From: a virus
IMG/VR virus record: IMGVR_UViG_2884683641_000001
Span: 62 to 64,061 of that record
Length of the DNA: 64,000 nucleotides
Direction: 5' to 3' (one strand)
Shown here: positions 54,801 through 63,774 of the stretch, one piece after another
Numbering within the stretch: position 1 is the stretch's first letter
Layout of the letters: each line of letters starts with the position of its first letter
Made by a program: the position numbers and the translations under genes
The notes under the pieces: generated by a model
Seen by the model: only the letters and a program-made list of their open reading frames with translations
Databases searched by the model: none
Told to the model about the DNA's origin: nothing

Positions 54801-57349
54801 AAGCCATGTCGGCCGCCGAAACCTTCAGTGCCGCCGGCATGACCGCAGAGGCGAGCGCCGCGTCGCTTGGCTCGGCGATCAGCACCGCGCTACCGTACGT
54901 CGGCGCCGCCATTGTCGCCTACAAGGTGCTCGACAAGCTTTTCTCGGATGGCCCCGAGTCCGACACGCGCCTGACCTTCAACAGCAACAACTCCGCCGGC
55001 AACATCTCGATCAACGAGCGCGGCAACGAGGGCAAAAACGACAGCTATATCGCCGGCGCCAGCACCACGTCGTCGTTCGGCACCTTCGGCGTGTCGAGCA
55101 CCTTCTGGGCGCCGGCCGAGTCGGAGACGGTGCAGAACTTCGTCAAGACAGTCGGCATGGCCGACGACGCGCTTGCCAAGTACCTGACCACGTCCGAGAA
55201 GTCCAACGTCACTTCGTACCTGACCGGCAAGACCGATACCGCGCACGTCGGCGCCGAGGGCCAGATCGGCTCGGCGGAGGCAGGCGCCGCGCTGTCGAAG
55301 GTGTTCAACGACCGCATCATGAACATCCTCGAGGGAATTGAGCCGGGTCTGTCGAAGCTGGAAGATGGCTTCTCGGGTACGTCGGCCGAGCTGGCGACCG
55401 AAGTGCAGAACCTGCTGGCCTACCGCGCCGCGCTGCGCGACTCCGGTGAGGCAGTATTCGGCGCGCAGGTGACGCTGCAGCAGATCGCCGCGTTGAAGGC
55501 GCCGAGCGAGTCCACCGCCGCCGCGCTGACCCGCATCACCAATGAGTTCAATGCGACGAACCAGGTGGCGCAGATCCTCGGCAAGGACATGTCGACCGCG
55601 TTCGGGGCTGCCGGCCTGGCCAGCGAGGCCGCCCGGGCGCAGATCATCCTGCTGTCCGGCGGCCTGGACGCCTTCACCTCACAGGCCAGCTCGTTCGCAC
55701 AGAACTATCTGAGCGATGCCGAGCGCCTGGCGCCGATCGCCAAGCAGCTGGACGAGCAGCTCGCCGCCCTTGGCCTGACCACTATCCCGCAGACGAAAGA
55801 TCAGTTCAAGCAACTGGTGATGGGACTGGACCTGAGCAGCGAAAGCGGCCAGAAACTGTACGCGGGCCTGATGGGGTTGCAGGATGCGTTCGCACAGGTG
55901 CACGCCAGCGAGAAGTCGGCCGCCGATATCGCCAGCGAGCGTGCGGACCTGCAGAATAAGTTGGACGAGTTGACGATGACTCAGGCGCAGTTGGCCGAGA
56001 AGGCGCGCAACGCGATCGACGCGCACAACCTGGCGCTCTACGACCAGGTGGTCGCGGCGCAGGCGGCGAAGGATGCCGCCGAGGCTGCCGCTGAGGCGAC
56101 GAAAGCGGCGGCTGACGCCGCGAAAGATGCTGCGCAAGCGCTGCTCGACACGGCCGGCCAGGCATATTCTGATCTTCAGACGGTCGTCGGCCGGGAGAAG
56201 GACAAGCTCAACGCAATTTACCAGACGGCCGCCGACGGCCTGCAATCGAGCATCGACGGCGTGACCGCCTCGGTCAGCAAGTTGCAAAGCCTGTCTCAGA
56301 CGCTGCATTCGACGCTCGACGCTATGTCGGTGCCGGGGCAAGAGAAGGCGGACCGTCAAGCGGCGCAGGCGCAGCTCGAGGCGGCGCTGGCCATCGCGAA
56401 GGCCGGCGGTCCGCTGCCGGACGCCGACAGCATCAAGAACGCCTTGGCCACGGTTGGCAAGGATGCTTCGGGTCAGTTCGGCTCCTATCTGGACTACCAG
56501 CGCGATCTGTACCGCACGAAGAACACCGTGGGCGCTCTGGCCGGCTACACCGACACCCAACTGTCCACCGACCAGCTGACGCTGAAGACGCTGCAGGACC
56601 AGAAAACGCTGCTGGATAAAAACCATGCGGCCGATCTGGCAAAGCTGGACCAGATGCTTGACCAGGGCAAGGCGCAGCTTGACGCGCTTAACGGCGTCAG
56701 CACGGCGCTGATGTCGATCCCACAGGCATTGGCAGCACTGGCATCGTCCATCACTGCAGCGATGAATAACAGCATCGCTGCTGCTGGCTCCATCACCCAG
56801 AACGCCTACCAGCAATATCTCGGCCGTCCGGCGAGCACCAGCGAGGTCGACTACTGGAAGGGGCAAGCCGGGAACGGAGTGGACGTGAAGGATGCGATCG
56901 CCGAATCGAACGAGGCCAAGATCCAAGAGCTCTACAAAACACTGCTTGGCCGTACCGGCGAAGCGGCCGGCGTGGATTCCTGGGAAGCATCGCTTGCGGC
57001 GGGTGCCACCTGGGATCAGATCAAGCAGGGATTCCTCGACAGCGACGAGTACAAGAAGTTGCATCCGTTCGCGGTTGGTACGAACTCGGTGCCGCAGGAC
57101 ATGCCGGCGTACATCCACAAGGACGAGCGAATCATCCCGGCCGCCGACAACCGCGAGCTGATGGCGCGCCTGCGCACACCTGGTGCGGGCAATGCCGAGT
57201 TGATCGCTGAAGTGCGCGCGCTGCGCGCCGAGATGCGCGAACTTAAGGCGGCGGCCGCCAGTACCGCCGAAAACACCGGCGACGTTGCCAAGGTGATCAA
57301 GCGCGTCGCCGGGCGCGGCGACTTTATTGCAGTGAAGGAGTTTGCTTAA
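51869..57349 (+). CDS. Tape measure protein with C-terminal DUF4214-like repeats
   Basis: TDIASLGLEI N-terminus, Ala-rich helices; YQQYLGRPAS and LYKTLLGRTGEAAGVDSW...FLDSDEY; HPFAVGT...HKDERIIPA. Confidence 0.92.
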   Translation: MTDIASLGLEINTSQVTQANAELDKFTDAAKRVDEAVNKVKPSVDGASTAIDQLGETSERTGQRVRVSNGQMNDTAEIMRRAAEQARLLEQANDAYLKSLQREIDVFGLSREELARYTAAERGLAQATQDRAAVLGASIDAMHREEQAARELAAAEDRATAAADSFIKKLQEQVATQNLTTKELLAHRAAQLGVADAAAPLIAQVKDAGHHMDDFSLSTVGARRELLVLAHELSQGNFQKFGGSMMVLGEQTGAAGLLFSAAGVAIAGVVGVLGLVGYAAVKGALDQKHMNDALIMTGNYAGVTADQLNDLAHAAAAAGGSIGEAKKVATELAASGKFSGEQIGYITEATVAWEHATGKSTDSIIKDFEKLAVQGYGNSARATEMVSKRALELNDQYHFLTEAVYEQIRALEKEGDARAASSLALKTMSDVTKERAESITENLGTIARYWNAVKHEVGGVIDYLGDLGKKTTPAMEVARLTKEIAQIDNGQYAAINGGDRSSYDQRTLAAIRAADVRALTKAQAELNAVNEKAAADRDKAIVQSDGAHAASRILQDNQKLEAKNLSELDIKLRQYGEDLAKVAAANPDSPLLGQDAVNEHTAALIKAHSKPEKGQDDRAKVLQDRLQNEQAALDAEKRIYDSRDKMLAVYHEKFGLSDDAFYAGRAAARADYLAAEAITYAKETALVQASLAAAKNPAEVAAAKSKYDQLTAAHQKFVDDMRTVGGEDSINAAANVEKSYQDAIKGVQALGIAEGKRVDDAIDKQKLHNAEIGKSKDQIELAKQAAIDLETVQLASDADYLRDAMNKMDLDEKSLAIYTMRLSYLDDEVAKRRQLSQMLADAAVLQANADAAKKAAHEWDDTAKHVSSTLADAIANGGGNAWKKLKAQIIQLGLEVPIQFAANGIASLLNPGAPQAAGAGNGLLSAAGNASSIYNTVTGKSLGGLTGTLGSGIAAIGNGIGSSSLSAFGAGFANVGGEAMSAAETFSAAGMTAEASAASLGSAISTALPYVGAAIVAYKVLDKLFSDGPESDTRLTFNSNNSAGNISINERGNEGKNDSYIAGASTTSSFGTFGVSSTFWAPAESETVQNFVKTVGMADDALAKYLTTSEKSNVTSYLTGKTDTAHVGAEGQIGSAEAGAALSKVFNDRIMNILEGIEPGLSKLEDGFSGTSAELATEVQNLLAYRAALRDSGEAVFGAQVTLQQIAALKAPSESTAAALTRITNEFNATNQVAQILGKDMSTAFGAAGLASEAARAQIILLSGGLDAFTSQASSFAQNYLSDAERLAPIAKQLDEQLAALGLTTIPQTKDQFKQLVMGLDLSSESGQKLYAGLMGLQDAFAQVHASEKSAADIASERADLQNKLDELTMTQAQLAEKARNAIDAHNLALYDQVVAAQAAKDAAEAAAEATKAAADAAKDAAQALLDTAGQAYSDLQTVVGREKDKLNAIYQTAADGLQSSIDGVTASVSKLQSLSQTLHSTLDAMSVPGQEKADRQAAQAQLEAALAIAKAGGPLPDADSIKNALATVGKDASGQFGSYLDYQRDLYRTKNTVGALAGYTDTQLSTDQLTLKTLQDQKTLLDKNHAADLAKLDQMLDQGKAQLDALNGVSTALMSIPQALAALASSITAAMNNSIAAAGSITQNAYQQYLGRPASTSEVDYWKGQAGNGVDVKDAIAESNEAKIQELYKTLLGRTGEAAGVDSWEASLAAGATWDQIKQGFLDSDEYKKLHPFAVGTNSVPQDMPAYIHKDERIIPAADNRELMARLRTPGAGNAELIAEVRALRAEMRELKAAAASTAENTGDVAKVIKRVAGRGDFIAVKEFA

Positions 57350-58407
57350 TGCGCGTGACCGCTCCCATCGAAATCACCGATGCGATGCTGGTGAGTAGCA
57401 CGATCGTGGAGACGCCGCCGGCGATGCATGCCATGGGCACAACGTACGCCGCCGGCGCGACGGCCGCCACTGGCACCGTCGGAGGCGTGATCACCGTCTG
57501 GAAATCCCTCCAGGCGGCGAATACCGGTCATGCTCCGGCCACCAGCCCGACGTGGTGGCAGAACATCGGCGCCACATACGCTGTCTACGATCCAGCCGCG
57601 ACCTACGGCTTGGGCGACCGTGTGATCGATCCAGTGGCGCATCTGGTGTACGAGTCTGAAGTCGCGGGCAATCACGGTCAGCCGCTCACGGGCGGCACGG
57701 CCTGGCTGGTGATCGGACCGACGAACAAAAGAGCCTCATTCGATAACTTGCGCAACACGCAGACAGAGGCGCCAGTCGATATTGTGCAGACCATTCAGCT
57801 GACTGACCGAGCGTCGTCGATCGCGGTCATCGGCCTCGACGCACGCACCGTGACGGTGACCCAGACAGTCGGCGGCGTGCAGAAGTACTCGGTCACAGCC
57901 AACCTCAGCAAACGCAAGAGCCGCAGTTGGAAAGAATGGTTCTTCGGTTTGTTCAAAAGCCGAACCAGCGTGCAGTACTTCGATTTGCCACCATATCGGA
58001 ATGCGCAGATCACGGTGACCGTGGCCAAGCCTGGGTCCGGGCGGCGGGCGGTGGGCGGCATCCTGATCGGCAATGCGGTCTACATCGGCGATGTCCAGTA
58101 CGAGCCGACATCGGACCACCTCAACTTTTCGAATATCGAACGCGACAAGTTCGGGAACTTGACGCTCGAACCGGAGCGCTCGGTGCCGAAGGTCGACATG
58201 ACCGTATGGTTCGACAAGAGTCTGACAAGCCAAATTCTCGAACTGCGCGAACTGCTCAACGGCCGGCCGGCGGTATGGTCGGGCCTGGATGATTTCACGC
58301 TCGACTACTTCGAGCCTCTTTTTATTTTCGGTATTCACAAGGAGTTCAGCTTGAACCTGAAGGGCTTTGACTACGGCGTGATCACGCTGCAAGTGGAGGA
58401 GATGTAA
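57349..58407 (+). CDS. Tail tip/distal protein with two carbohydrate-binding-like repeats
   Basis: TYAAG...VWKSLQAANTGHAP...WW and TYGLGDRV...YES...NHGQP...W. Confidence 0.65.
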   Translation: MRVTAPIEITDAMLVSSTIVETPPAMHAMGTTYAAGATAATGTVGGVITVWKSLQAANTGHAPATSPTWWQNIGATYAVYDPAATYGLGDRVIDPVAHLVYESEVAGNHGQPLTGGTAWLVIGPTNKRASFDNLRNTQTEAPVDIVQTIQLTDRASSIAVIGLDARTVTVTQTVGGVQKYSVTANLSKRKSRSWKEWFFGLFKSRTSVQYFDLPPYRNAQITVTVAKPGSGRRAVGGILIGNAVYIGDVQYEPTSDHLNFSNIERDKFGNLTLEPERSVPKVDMTVWFDKSLTSQILELRELLNGRPAVWSGLDDFTLDYFEPLFIFGIHKEFSLNLKGFDYGVITLQVEEM

Positions 58408-60383
58408 TGACGATAACTGCACCAGTGCACGCCGATGTGCTCCCGGAAGGCCCGAGCATCGATGATCCGGACAACTTCGATGAGGAGGCGGATCTTTTTG
58501 TCGCTGATCTTCGGCCGTTCGGCATTCAAATGAACGCGCTCAGCGACAATGTCTACGCCAACGCGCTGGCGACGAAGGATCTGGCCGACGCAGCAGCCGC
58601 CAGCGCGAGCACGGCGACTGACCAGGCCGGCACCGCCACCACCCAGGCGGGCATTGCTACTACCAAGGCCAGTATCGCCACTACCAAGGCGCAGGAGGCA
58701 TCCGACAGTGCGACGGCGGCGGCCAATTCGGCGACGGGCCTGATCGCCACCAGCACCTCCTCGGTCGTTCTCGGCAACGGTTCCAAAGTGTTTGCCGTCG
58801 CGACCGGAAAGCAGTTCACGGCCGGCGTGGTGCTGCAGATGGTGAGCGTCGGCACGCCGACGGCGCGTATGTTCGGCACCGCCGCGTCGTATGTTGGGAC
58901 CACGCTGACCGCGACCGTCACGCAGACCGAAGGCCCTGCCGGCACGTATAACGACTGGGTGATCGCTCCTGGTGGTGCACAAGGCCCGACCGGCGGCACC
59001 GCCGGCGGCTCGCTGACCGGTCCACTGAATGCAAAGAAGGGCGCCGCGCCAGCCAGCTCGGCGACGCCGGACGTGTGGAACGCTGGCGGTAACTATGTTC
59101 CCATCACACAGACCGCCGCGATCACTGGCTTGCCGAATGCGCCGCAGGCCGGCGCCGCGCGCACGCTGAAAGCGGAATCCACCTTCCCGGTCGTCAGCAG
59201 CGCCAACTTCTTCGTGCATGGCGGGTCGACCGCGATCAATCCGGGCGATGAACTGGACATTGTGGCTGATACCGTCTCGACCTTCCTGGTGACGGTACGC
59301 CGCAATACCGGCACTGGTAACGGCGGCAGCTGGCGCAATGTGGAGATCCTGCTCGGCTCGACCGTCTGGACGGCCAAGGTGTCCGGCCTGCACCGAATCA
59401 TCCTGGTTGCCGGATGCGGTTCTGGCGGCTTGGCCATCGGTTCGAGCGGCGCTCGAGTTGCTGCAAGCGGCGGTTCGGGCGGCGGCTTGGTGATCAAAGA
59501 TTTCTACGCGAATGCCGGCGATGCTTACACTCTCGTGCTGGGCGCGCGTGGCGCAGGGGTGACGTTGGTGATGCAGACTGGCAACCAAACGTTGAGCGGT
59601 AACGATGCGGCAGACAGTACCTTTACGGGCAATGGCGTATCGCTGGTGGCCGGGGGCGGCAAAAAAGGTGTGGGCAGCGTGGCTACGTCAGGAAACGCCG
59701 TCGCCGTCGGCGCCGTCGGCGGCACCGCGTCAGGCGGCGACTTCAACTTTTCGGGCGGACCGTCCGGAACCGCGACCGCATCCGCGCCTTCTGTCAACGC
59801 AGTTGCCGCCACTGGCGGCGCAGTTGTGACATGGCGCGGAACACCGTATTCCAGCGGTACGGTGACGACCACCGGCACCGGTGGTGGCGGTAACCAATAT
59901 GCTTCTGGTGGCGCAGGTGTGGGCGGGAAGAGTGGGGATGTTATCGGTTCTGATCTGGGGCAAGCGGCGAGCGGCGGTGCTGGCGCCAACGGACCTTCCA
60001 GCAACGTGACGACACCCGGACTTTTTGTCGGCGGCCCCGGAATAGACACAAACTTCAGTTCGGTTGTGTATATGGCTCCGTTACGATTTACCGGCCAAGG
60101 AACACAGGCGGATATTTCGAGTTCTCTTGCAGCAAGTAGTGGCGCCGGAAGTGGCGCGGTAATTGGCACAACCGCCTCCAGGCAAACCGGCCAAACTGAC
60201 CACTTTGGCGGAACTGGCGGACTGGCGGCCTCGAACGGCAGCAGCGGATTAACCTTTACGAGCGGCACCGCAAACTATGGCGGCGCGAGCGGCGGCGTAG
60301 CTTTTTCCAGCAATTCCATCGTCAGCGTGACGGTCACGTCCGGCGCCGGTGGTGCCGCTTTCGCCATCATTCAAGCACCGTGA
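58407..60383 (+). CDS. Tail fibre/receptor-binding protein (Gly-rich C-terminus)
   Basis: Ala/Thr coiled N-terminus; many GGxGG repeats. Confidence 0.75.
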   Translation: MTITAPVHADVLPEGPSIDDPDNFDEEADLFVADLRPFGIQMNALSDNVYANALATKDLADAAAASASTATDQAGTATTQAGIATTKASIATTKAQEASDSATAAANSATGLIATSTSSVVLGNGSKVFAVATGKQFTAGVVLQMVSVGTPTARMFGTAASYVGTTLTATVTQTEGPAGTYNDWVIAPGGAQGPTGGTAGGSLTGPLNAKKGAAPASSATPDVWNAGGNYVPITQTAAITGLPNAPQAGAARTLKAESTFPVVSSANFFVHGGSTAINPGDELDIVADTVSTFLVTVRRNTGTGNGGSWRNVEILLGSTVWTAKVSGLHRIILVAGCGSGGLAIGSSGARVAASGGSGGGLVIKDFYANAGDAYTLVLGARGAGVTLVMQTGNQTLSGNDAADSTFTGNGVSLVAGGGKKGVGSVATSGNAVAVGAVGGTASGGDFNFSGGPSGTATASAPSVNAVAATGGAVVTWRGTPYSSGTVTTTGTGGGGNQYASGGAGVGGKSGDVIGSDLGQAASGGAGANGPSSNVTTPGLFVGGPGIDTNFSSVVYMAPLRFTGQGTQADISSSLAASSGAGSGAVIGTTASRQTGQTDHFGGTGGLAASNGSSGLTFTSGTANYGGASGGVAFSSNSIVSVTVTSGAGGAAFAIIQAP

Positions 60384-60391
60384 GGATCAAC

Positions 60392-60628
60392 ATGACCACT
60401 TCCTACACCTGCACCGGTTTCGAGAAGACTGGCGACGTCGAGCTCCTCGACGGGAGCGGAAACCACTTCACCACCATCGTCGCGTCGCGCTGCTTCGCCG
60501 AATGGTATTGCGCTGAGCACGGCTACACTTGGCGCTGGCGCGACGGCATCGACCCGGACGACCCCAGTACCTGGCCGCCGCCACCGGAAGACCCGCCACC
60601 CGATCCGGCGCCAGCACCCACCGCGTAA
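60392..60628 (+). CDS. Putative tail fibre chaperone
   Basis: GAGGA SD; small protein after the fibre gene with a Pro-rich tail. Confidence 0.55.
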   Translation: MTTSYTCTGFEKTGDVELLDGSGNHFTTIVASRCFAEWYCAEHGYTWRWRDGIDPDDPSTWPPPPEDPPPDPAPAPTA

Positions 60629-60635
60629 CACCTCC

Positions 60636-60656
60636 ACCCGCTCCGGCGGGTTTTTT
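60636..60656 (+). terminator. Intrinsic terminator
   Basis: ACCCGC-TCCG-GCGGGT-TTTTT. Confidence 0.8.
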
Positions 60657-60678
60657 ATCGTCCAAAGAAAGGGCTGGC

Positions 60679-60864
60679 ATGCCGGAAGAAGAACGCAAAC
60701 TCACCGACGCCGACATTGATGCGATTGTCGATCGGTTCGAAAACAAGGTCGCCGAGCGGTTCTACGGCGATCTCGGCCGCGGCGTATGGGGTGTGGTGTG
60801 GAAGGCCATCGTCGCAATCCTCGTGGGCTTCGCCGCCTACGGTTCAATGAAAGGTATGAAATGA
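60679..60864 (+). CDS. Single-TM lysis-associated protein (holin/antiholin candidate)
   Basis: Acidic N-terminus, TM VWGVVWKAIVAILVGFAAYG. Confidence 0.65.
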   Translation: MPEEERKLTDADIDAIVDRFENKVAERFYGDLGRGVWGVVWKAIVAILVGFAAYGSMKGMK

Positions 60865-61814
60865 AAATCTGGACCTATATCACCCGCCACCGCGCGGTAT
60901 TCCTCTTCGGCCTGACCCTGTTGGCGGCCGCGGCGTCGCTCGCATCGGACCCCGACAGCGGTTGGGCAACTGCGCTCGGCGGCCTAGCGATGCTGCAGGG
61001 GATTTGGGCGGTCGCCGCCTCGCACTGGGTGCGCAAGAAGCTGCTGGACTATCCGGCCGCCGACATGAGCAAGCTATTCGAAACGGCGAGCAAAGAGCCG
61101 ACGGGCGCCGGCCTGGCGCTGATCGCGATCTCAATCCTGCTGGTCGGCCTGCTGATGGTGTTCTCGCCGCGCGCGCATGCCGCTGAACTGCCGGCCGGCG
61201 CCGTGCGTTACCTGCCAGTGCTGAAGGCGGAGCAGCAGCGCCTGTGGCCTGATCACCCGCATCCGGTGCTGCTGGCCAGCCTGGTCGAGCAGGAGTCGTG
61301 CATCACGCTGCACTCGCGCGGCTGCTGGAACCCAGGTGCGCAACTGAAGACCGCGCGCGAGGAGGGTGCCGGCGTCGGCCAGATCACCCGCGCCTACCGC
61401 GCCGACGGCAGCCTGCGCTTCGACGCGCTGGCCGACCTGCGCGAGCAGTACGGCGCCGAGCTGGGTGCGCTGTCCTGGTCGAGTGTGTACCAGCGGGCCG
61501 ACCTGCAGCTGCGCGCCCTGGTGCTGATGTCGCGCGACTCCGCGCGGCAGTTCCGCCAGGCGCCGGCGATGCTGGAGTTCGGTGATGCCGGCTACAACGG
61601 CGGCCCGGCCGGCGTACAGCGCGAGCGCCGCGCCTGCGCCATGGCGAAGGGCTGTGATCCTGGCCAGTGGTTCGGTCACGTCGAACTGCACTGCCTGAAA
61701 TCGCGCCAGCCGCTGTACGGCGGCCGATCAGCCTGCGACATCAACCGCGAGCACGTGCGCAACGTGATCCTGGTGCGTGCGCCGAAATATGAACCGGCAT
61801 GGGCGGCACCATGA
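60861..61814 (+). CDS. 3-TM domain fused to a lytic-transglycosylase-like endolysin
   Basis: Three hydrophobic segments, then LVEQES (catalytic Glu), GVGQIT, GYNGGP; no stop codon between the domains. Confidence 0.82.
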   Translation: MKIWTYITRHRAVFLFGLTLLAAAASLASDPDSGWATALGGLAMLQGIWAVAASHWVRKKLLDYPAADMSKLFETASKEPTGAGLALIAISILLVGLLMVFSPRAHAAELPAGAVRYLPVLKAEQQRLWPDHPHPVLLASLVEQESCITLHSRGCWNPGAQLKTAREEGAGVGQITRAYRADGSLRFDALADLREQYGAELGALSWSSVYQRADLQLRALVLMSRDSARQFRQAPAMLEFGDAGYNGGPAGVQRERRACAMAKGCDPGQWFGHVELHCLKSRQPLYGGRSACDINREHVRNVILVRAPKYEPAWAAP

Positions 61815-62035
61815 GCTTCGCCAAGGATCTCTTCACTTGTGCGGACGGTGAGTCGTACGACATCGGCCGCGTGTCCTGGGCAGTGTCGACGGCCGTCATC
61901 ATCGCCGCCGCGGCGTGGAATGCCTGGCGCGGCGCACCGATTAACCTGACCGAGCTGGCCGGCGCGCTGGGCGGCGTGGTGGTGGCGCACGGCGCGGCGC
62001 TGTGGGCGAAAGCTGTGACGGAGCCAAAACCATGA
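61811..62035 (+). CDS. 2-TM holin-like protein
   Basis: Two hydrophobic segments; ATGA-coupled. Confidence 0.6.
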   Translation: MSFAKDLFTCADGESYDIGRVSWAVSTAVIIAAAAWNAWRGAPINLTELAGALGGVVVAHGAALWAKAVTEPKP

Positions 62036-62439
62036 ATGCGATCGAAGAAGTTGTGGCCGGCGCCGGCGGCGCGCTGGCCGGCCAGTTGTGGAAGGTAGCG
62101 ACCCTGGTGCTGGCCTTCCTGCTGCTGGTGGTGGGCGCGGGCGCCGGCACCGGCTGGTGGCTGGCCAGCACCGCACGCGACAAGGCCCTGACCGACCTCA
62201 AGGCGGAGCAGGGCGTCAACGCCGAGCTGCGCGCCGGCATCACGACTCAGAACACTGCGATCCTGGCGCAGGCCAAGCTGGCGCGCGAGGCGGAGGCGCG
62301 CGGTGACGCTGCCCGGCAGGCCGCCGCCGTGAGCGGCCGCCGTTTCGACCAGGCACTGCAGCAGCTGGCCGGCGCGCAGGCGACCGGCTGCGCCGACGCA
62401 ATGCCTTACGTGAACCAGTTGCTGGAGAAGGTGCGATGA
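62032..62439 (+). CDS. i-spanin (Rz-like)
   Basis: N-terminal TM, coiled coil, terminal Cys. Confidence 0.75.
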   Translation: MNAIEEVVAGAGGALAGQLWKVATLVLAFLLLVVGAGAGTGWWLASTARDKALTDLKAEQGVNAELRAGITTQNTAILAQAKLAREAEARGDAARQAAAVSGRRFDQALQQLAGAQATGCADAMPYVNQLLEKVR

Positions 62440-62714
62440 AGCGGAAAATCGTCAACTTGACCAAAACGGCAGGTTTGGCCGCCACGGTGCTGCTTGTCAG
62501 CTGCGCCAGCACACCGGCGCCGTCCACGCAGATTGTCCAGGTACCAGTCCCGGTGTCCTGCGTGAAGGACGCGCCGGCCCGACCCGAGTACGAGTTCGAC
62601 CGGCTGCCGGCCACGGCCAGCGACGGCGACAAGATCCTGGCATTGGTGCGCGACTGGGCGCGGTACCGGAAGTACACCGGCGAGCTGGAGGCGGTTATCG
62701 TTGGCTGCCACTAA
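62436..62714 (+). CDS. o-spanin (Rz1-like lipoprotein)
   Basis: Lipobox LVSC; Pro-rich VQVPVPVSC; terminal Cys. Confidence 0.8.
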   Translation: MKRKIVNLTKTAGLAATVLLVSCASTPAPSTQIVQVPVPVSCVKDAPARPEYEFDRLPATASDGDKILALVRDWARYRKYTGELEAVIVGCH

Positions 62715-62738
62715 ATTTGCAGCTAGGCGAGAGTCTGA

Positions 62739-63467
62739 TTACGCAGCCTCGGCAACTCTAGTCAGCTTTTCTTTCGCAGCCCACCAGCCGCATGAGTTTG
62801 TCATTCGAGGCATGCAATGATATGGGTCATCGCATCCATATGATTTCTTGCATCGCTTAGCCTTCAGCGCCCCGTCAATCAAATGCGATACTAGCTTTTG
62901 GTAAAGAAGTTCCACCGACATGGTGGCGTCCACGCGCTGAAGGGTTGGATCGGTAATCGCAATCGCGCGGAAAATCTCGCCAGCTTTCGCCAGGTCTTCT
63001 TGACGCTCGAAAAGATTTGCCTTTCCATCGCGGGCCGTTACACGATACACAGCAAGATCCGCAGGAAGATCCAGCCAAAAAGCGACATCTGGAGCAACCA
63101 CATCAGCACGAATTCGTTGCTCAATGCTTCTGTGGTCGTCAACAAGGATGCCCTGGTAGGCGATCGTGGAATAAAAATAACGATCTAAAATAACAACGTT
63201 ACCAGCCTCGAGAGCGGGAATGATTTTCCGCTTTAGGTGATCTTGCCGATCAAGAATAAAGGCATCCAACTCTTCCTCAAAAGGTAGTCTGCCGTTAAAT
63301 GCCGAATCGCGCAGCTTCTGGCCCCACTGGCCATCGGTAGGCTCTTTGGAAACAACTACCGTCTCACCGGTGCTCTCGAGCGCTGCCTTGAGCAGATGCA
63401 CTTGCGTGGTCTTGCCGGCCCCGTCAATGCCATCTACTGCAATTAAAATGCCAGGATAAGTATTCAT
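62739..63467 (-). CDS. tmk: Thymidylate kinase-like moron with a Cys-rich tail
   Basis: DGIDGAGKTTQ P-loop, SKEP, FILDR, ILDRYFYSTIAYQG, PDVAFWLD. Confidence 0.9.
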   Translation of the reverse strand: MNTYPGILIAVDGIDGAGKTTQVHLLKAALESTGETVVVSKEPTDGQWGQKLRDSAFNGRLPFEEELDAFILDRQDHLKRKIIPALEAGNVVILDRYFYSTIAYQGILVDDHRSIEQRIRADVVAPDVAFWLDLPADLAVYRVTARDGKANLFERQEDLAKAGEIFRAIAITDPTLQRVDATMSVELLYQKLVSHLIDGALKAKRCKKSYGCDDPYHCMPRMTNSCGWWAAKEKLTRVAEAA

Positions 63468-63528
63468 TTCTTGAGTATAGCAAAAACACCTCACTATTTA
63501 AATGAATAAAATATTGCTTGCATGCATC

Positions 63529-63774
63529 TTAAGGAGCTTCGTCAGCATCGCCTGTCTTCAATTTTACGATCGATAATTGGCCGGGCCGGAACACCTCATA
63601 TTCCTCTTCGCCTTCAACGTACCAGCGGCAGAGAATGCCGTTGCGCACGCCCTCCCAATCGTGCTGCTCGCCCAGGGCCGAGTTCAGCACCGTCATGATG
63701 GGCCCGTCGGCGTACGAGATAAACCGTACCAGACTACCCTCGATCGGCCTGCCTTCTTCCAATTCATCGCTCAT
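63529..63774 (-). CDS. YodC/DUF2158-like small protein
   Basis: GPIMTV...CRWY...F..GQL. Confidence 0.7.
   Translation of the reverse strand: MSDELEEGRPIEGSLVRFISYADGPIMTVLNSALGEQHDWEGVRNGILCRWYVEGEEEYEVFRPGQLSIVKLKTGDADEAP

Noticed and set aside
52163-57300. Numerous long minus-strand ORFs within the TMP and other structural genes
   Set aside because: Expected shadow ORFs in high-GC coding DNA; Arg/Ala/Pro-rich with no motifs.
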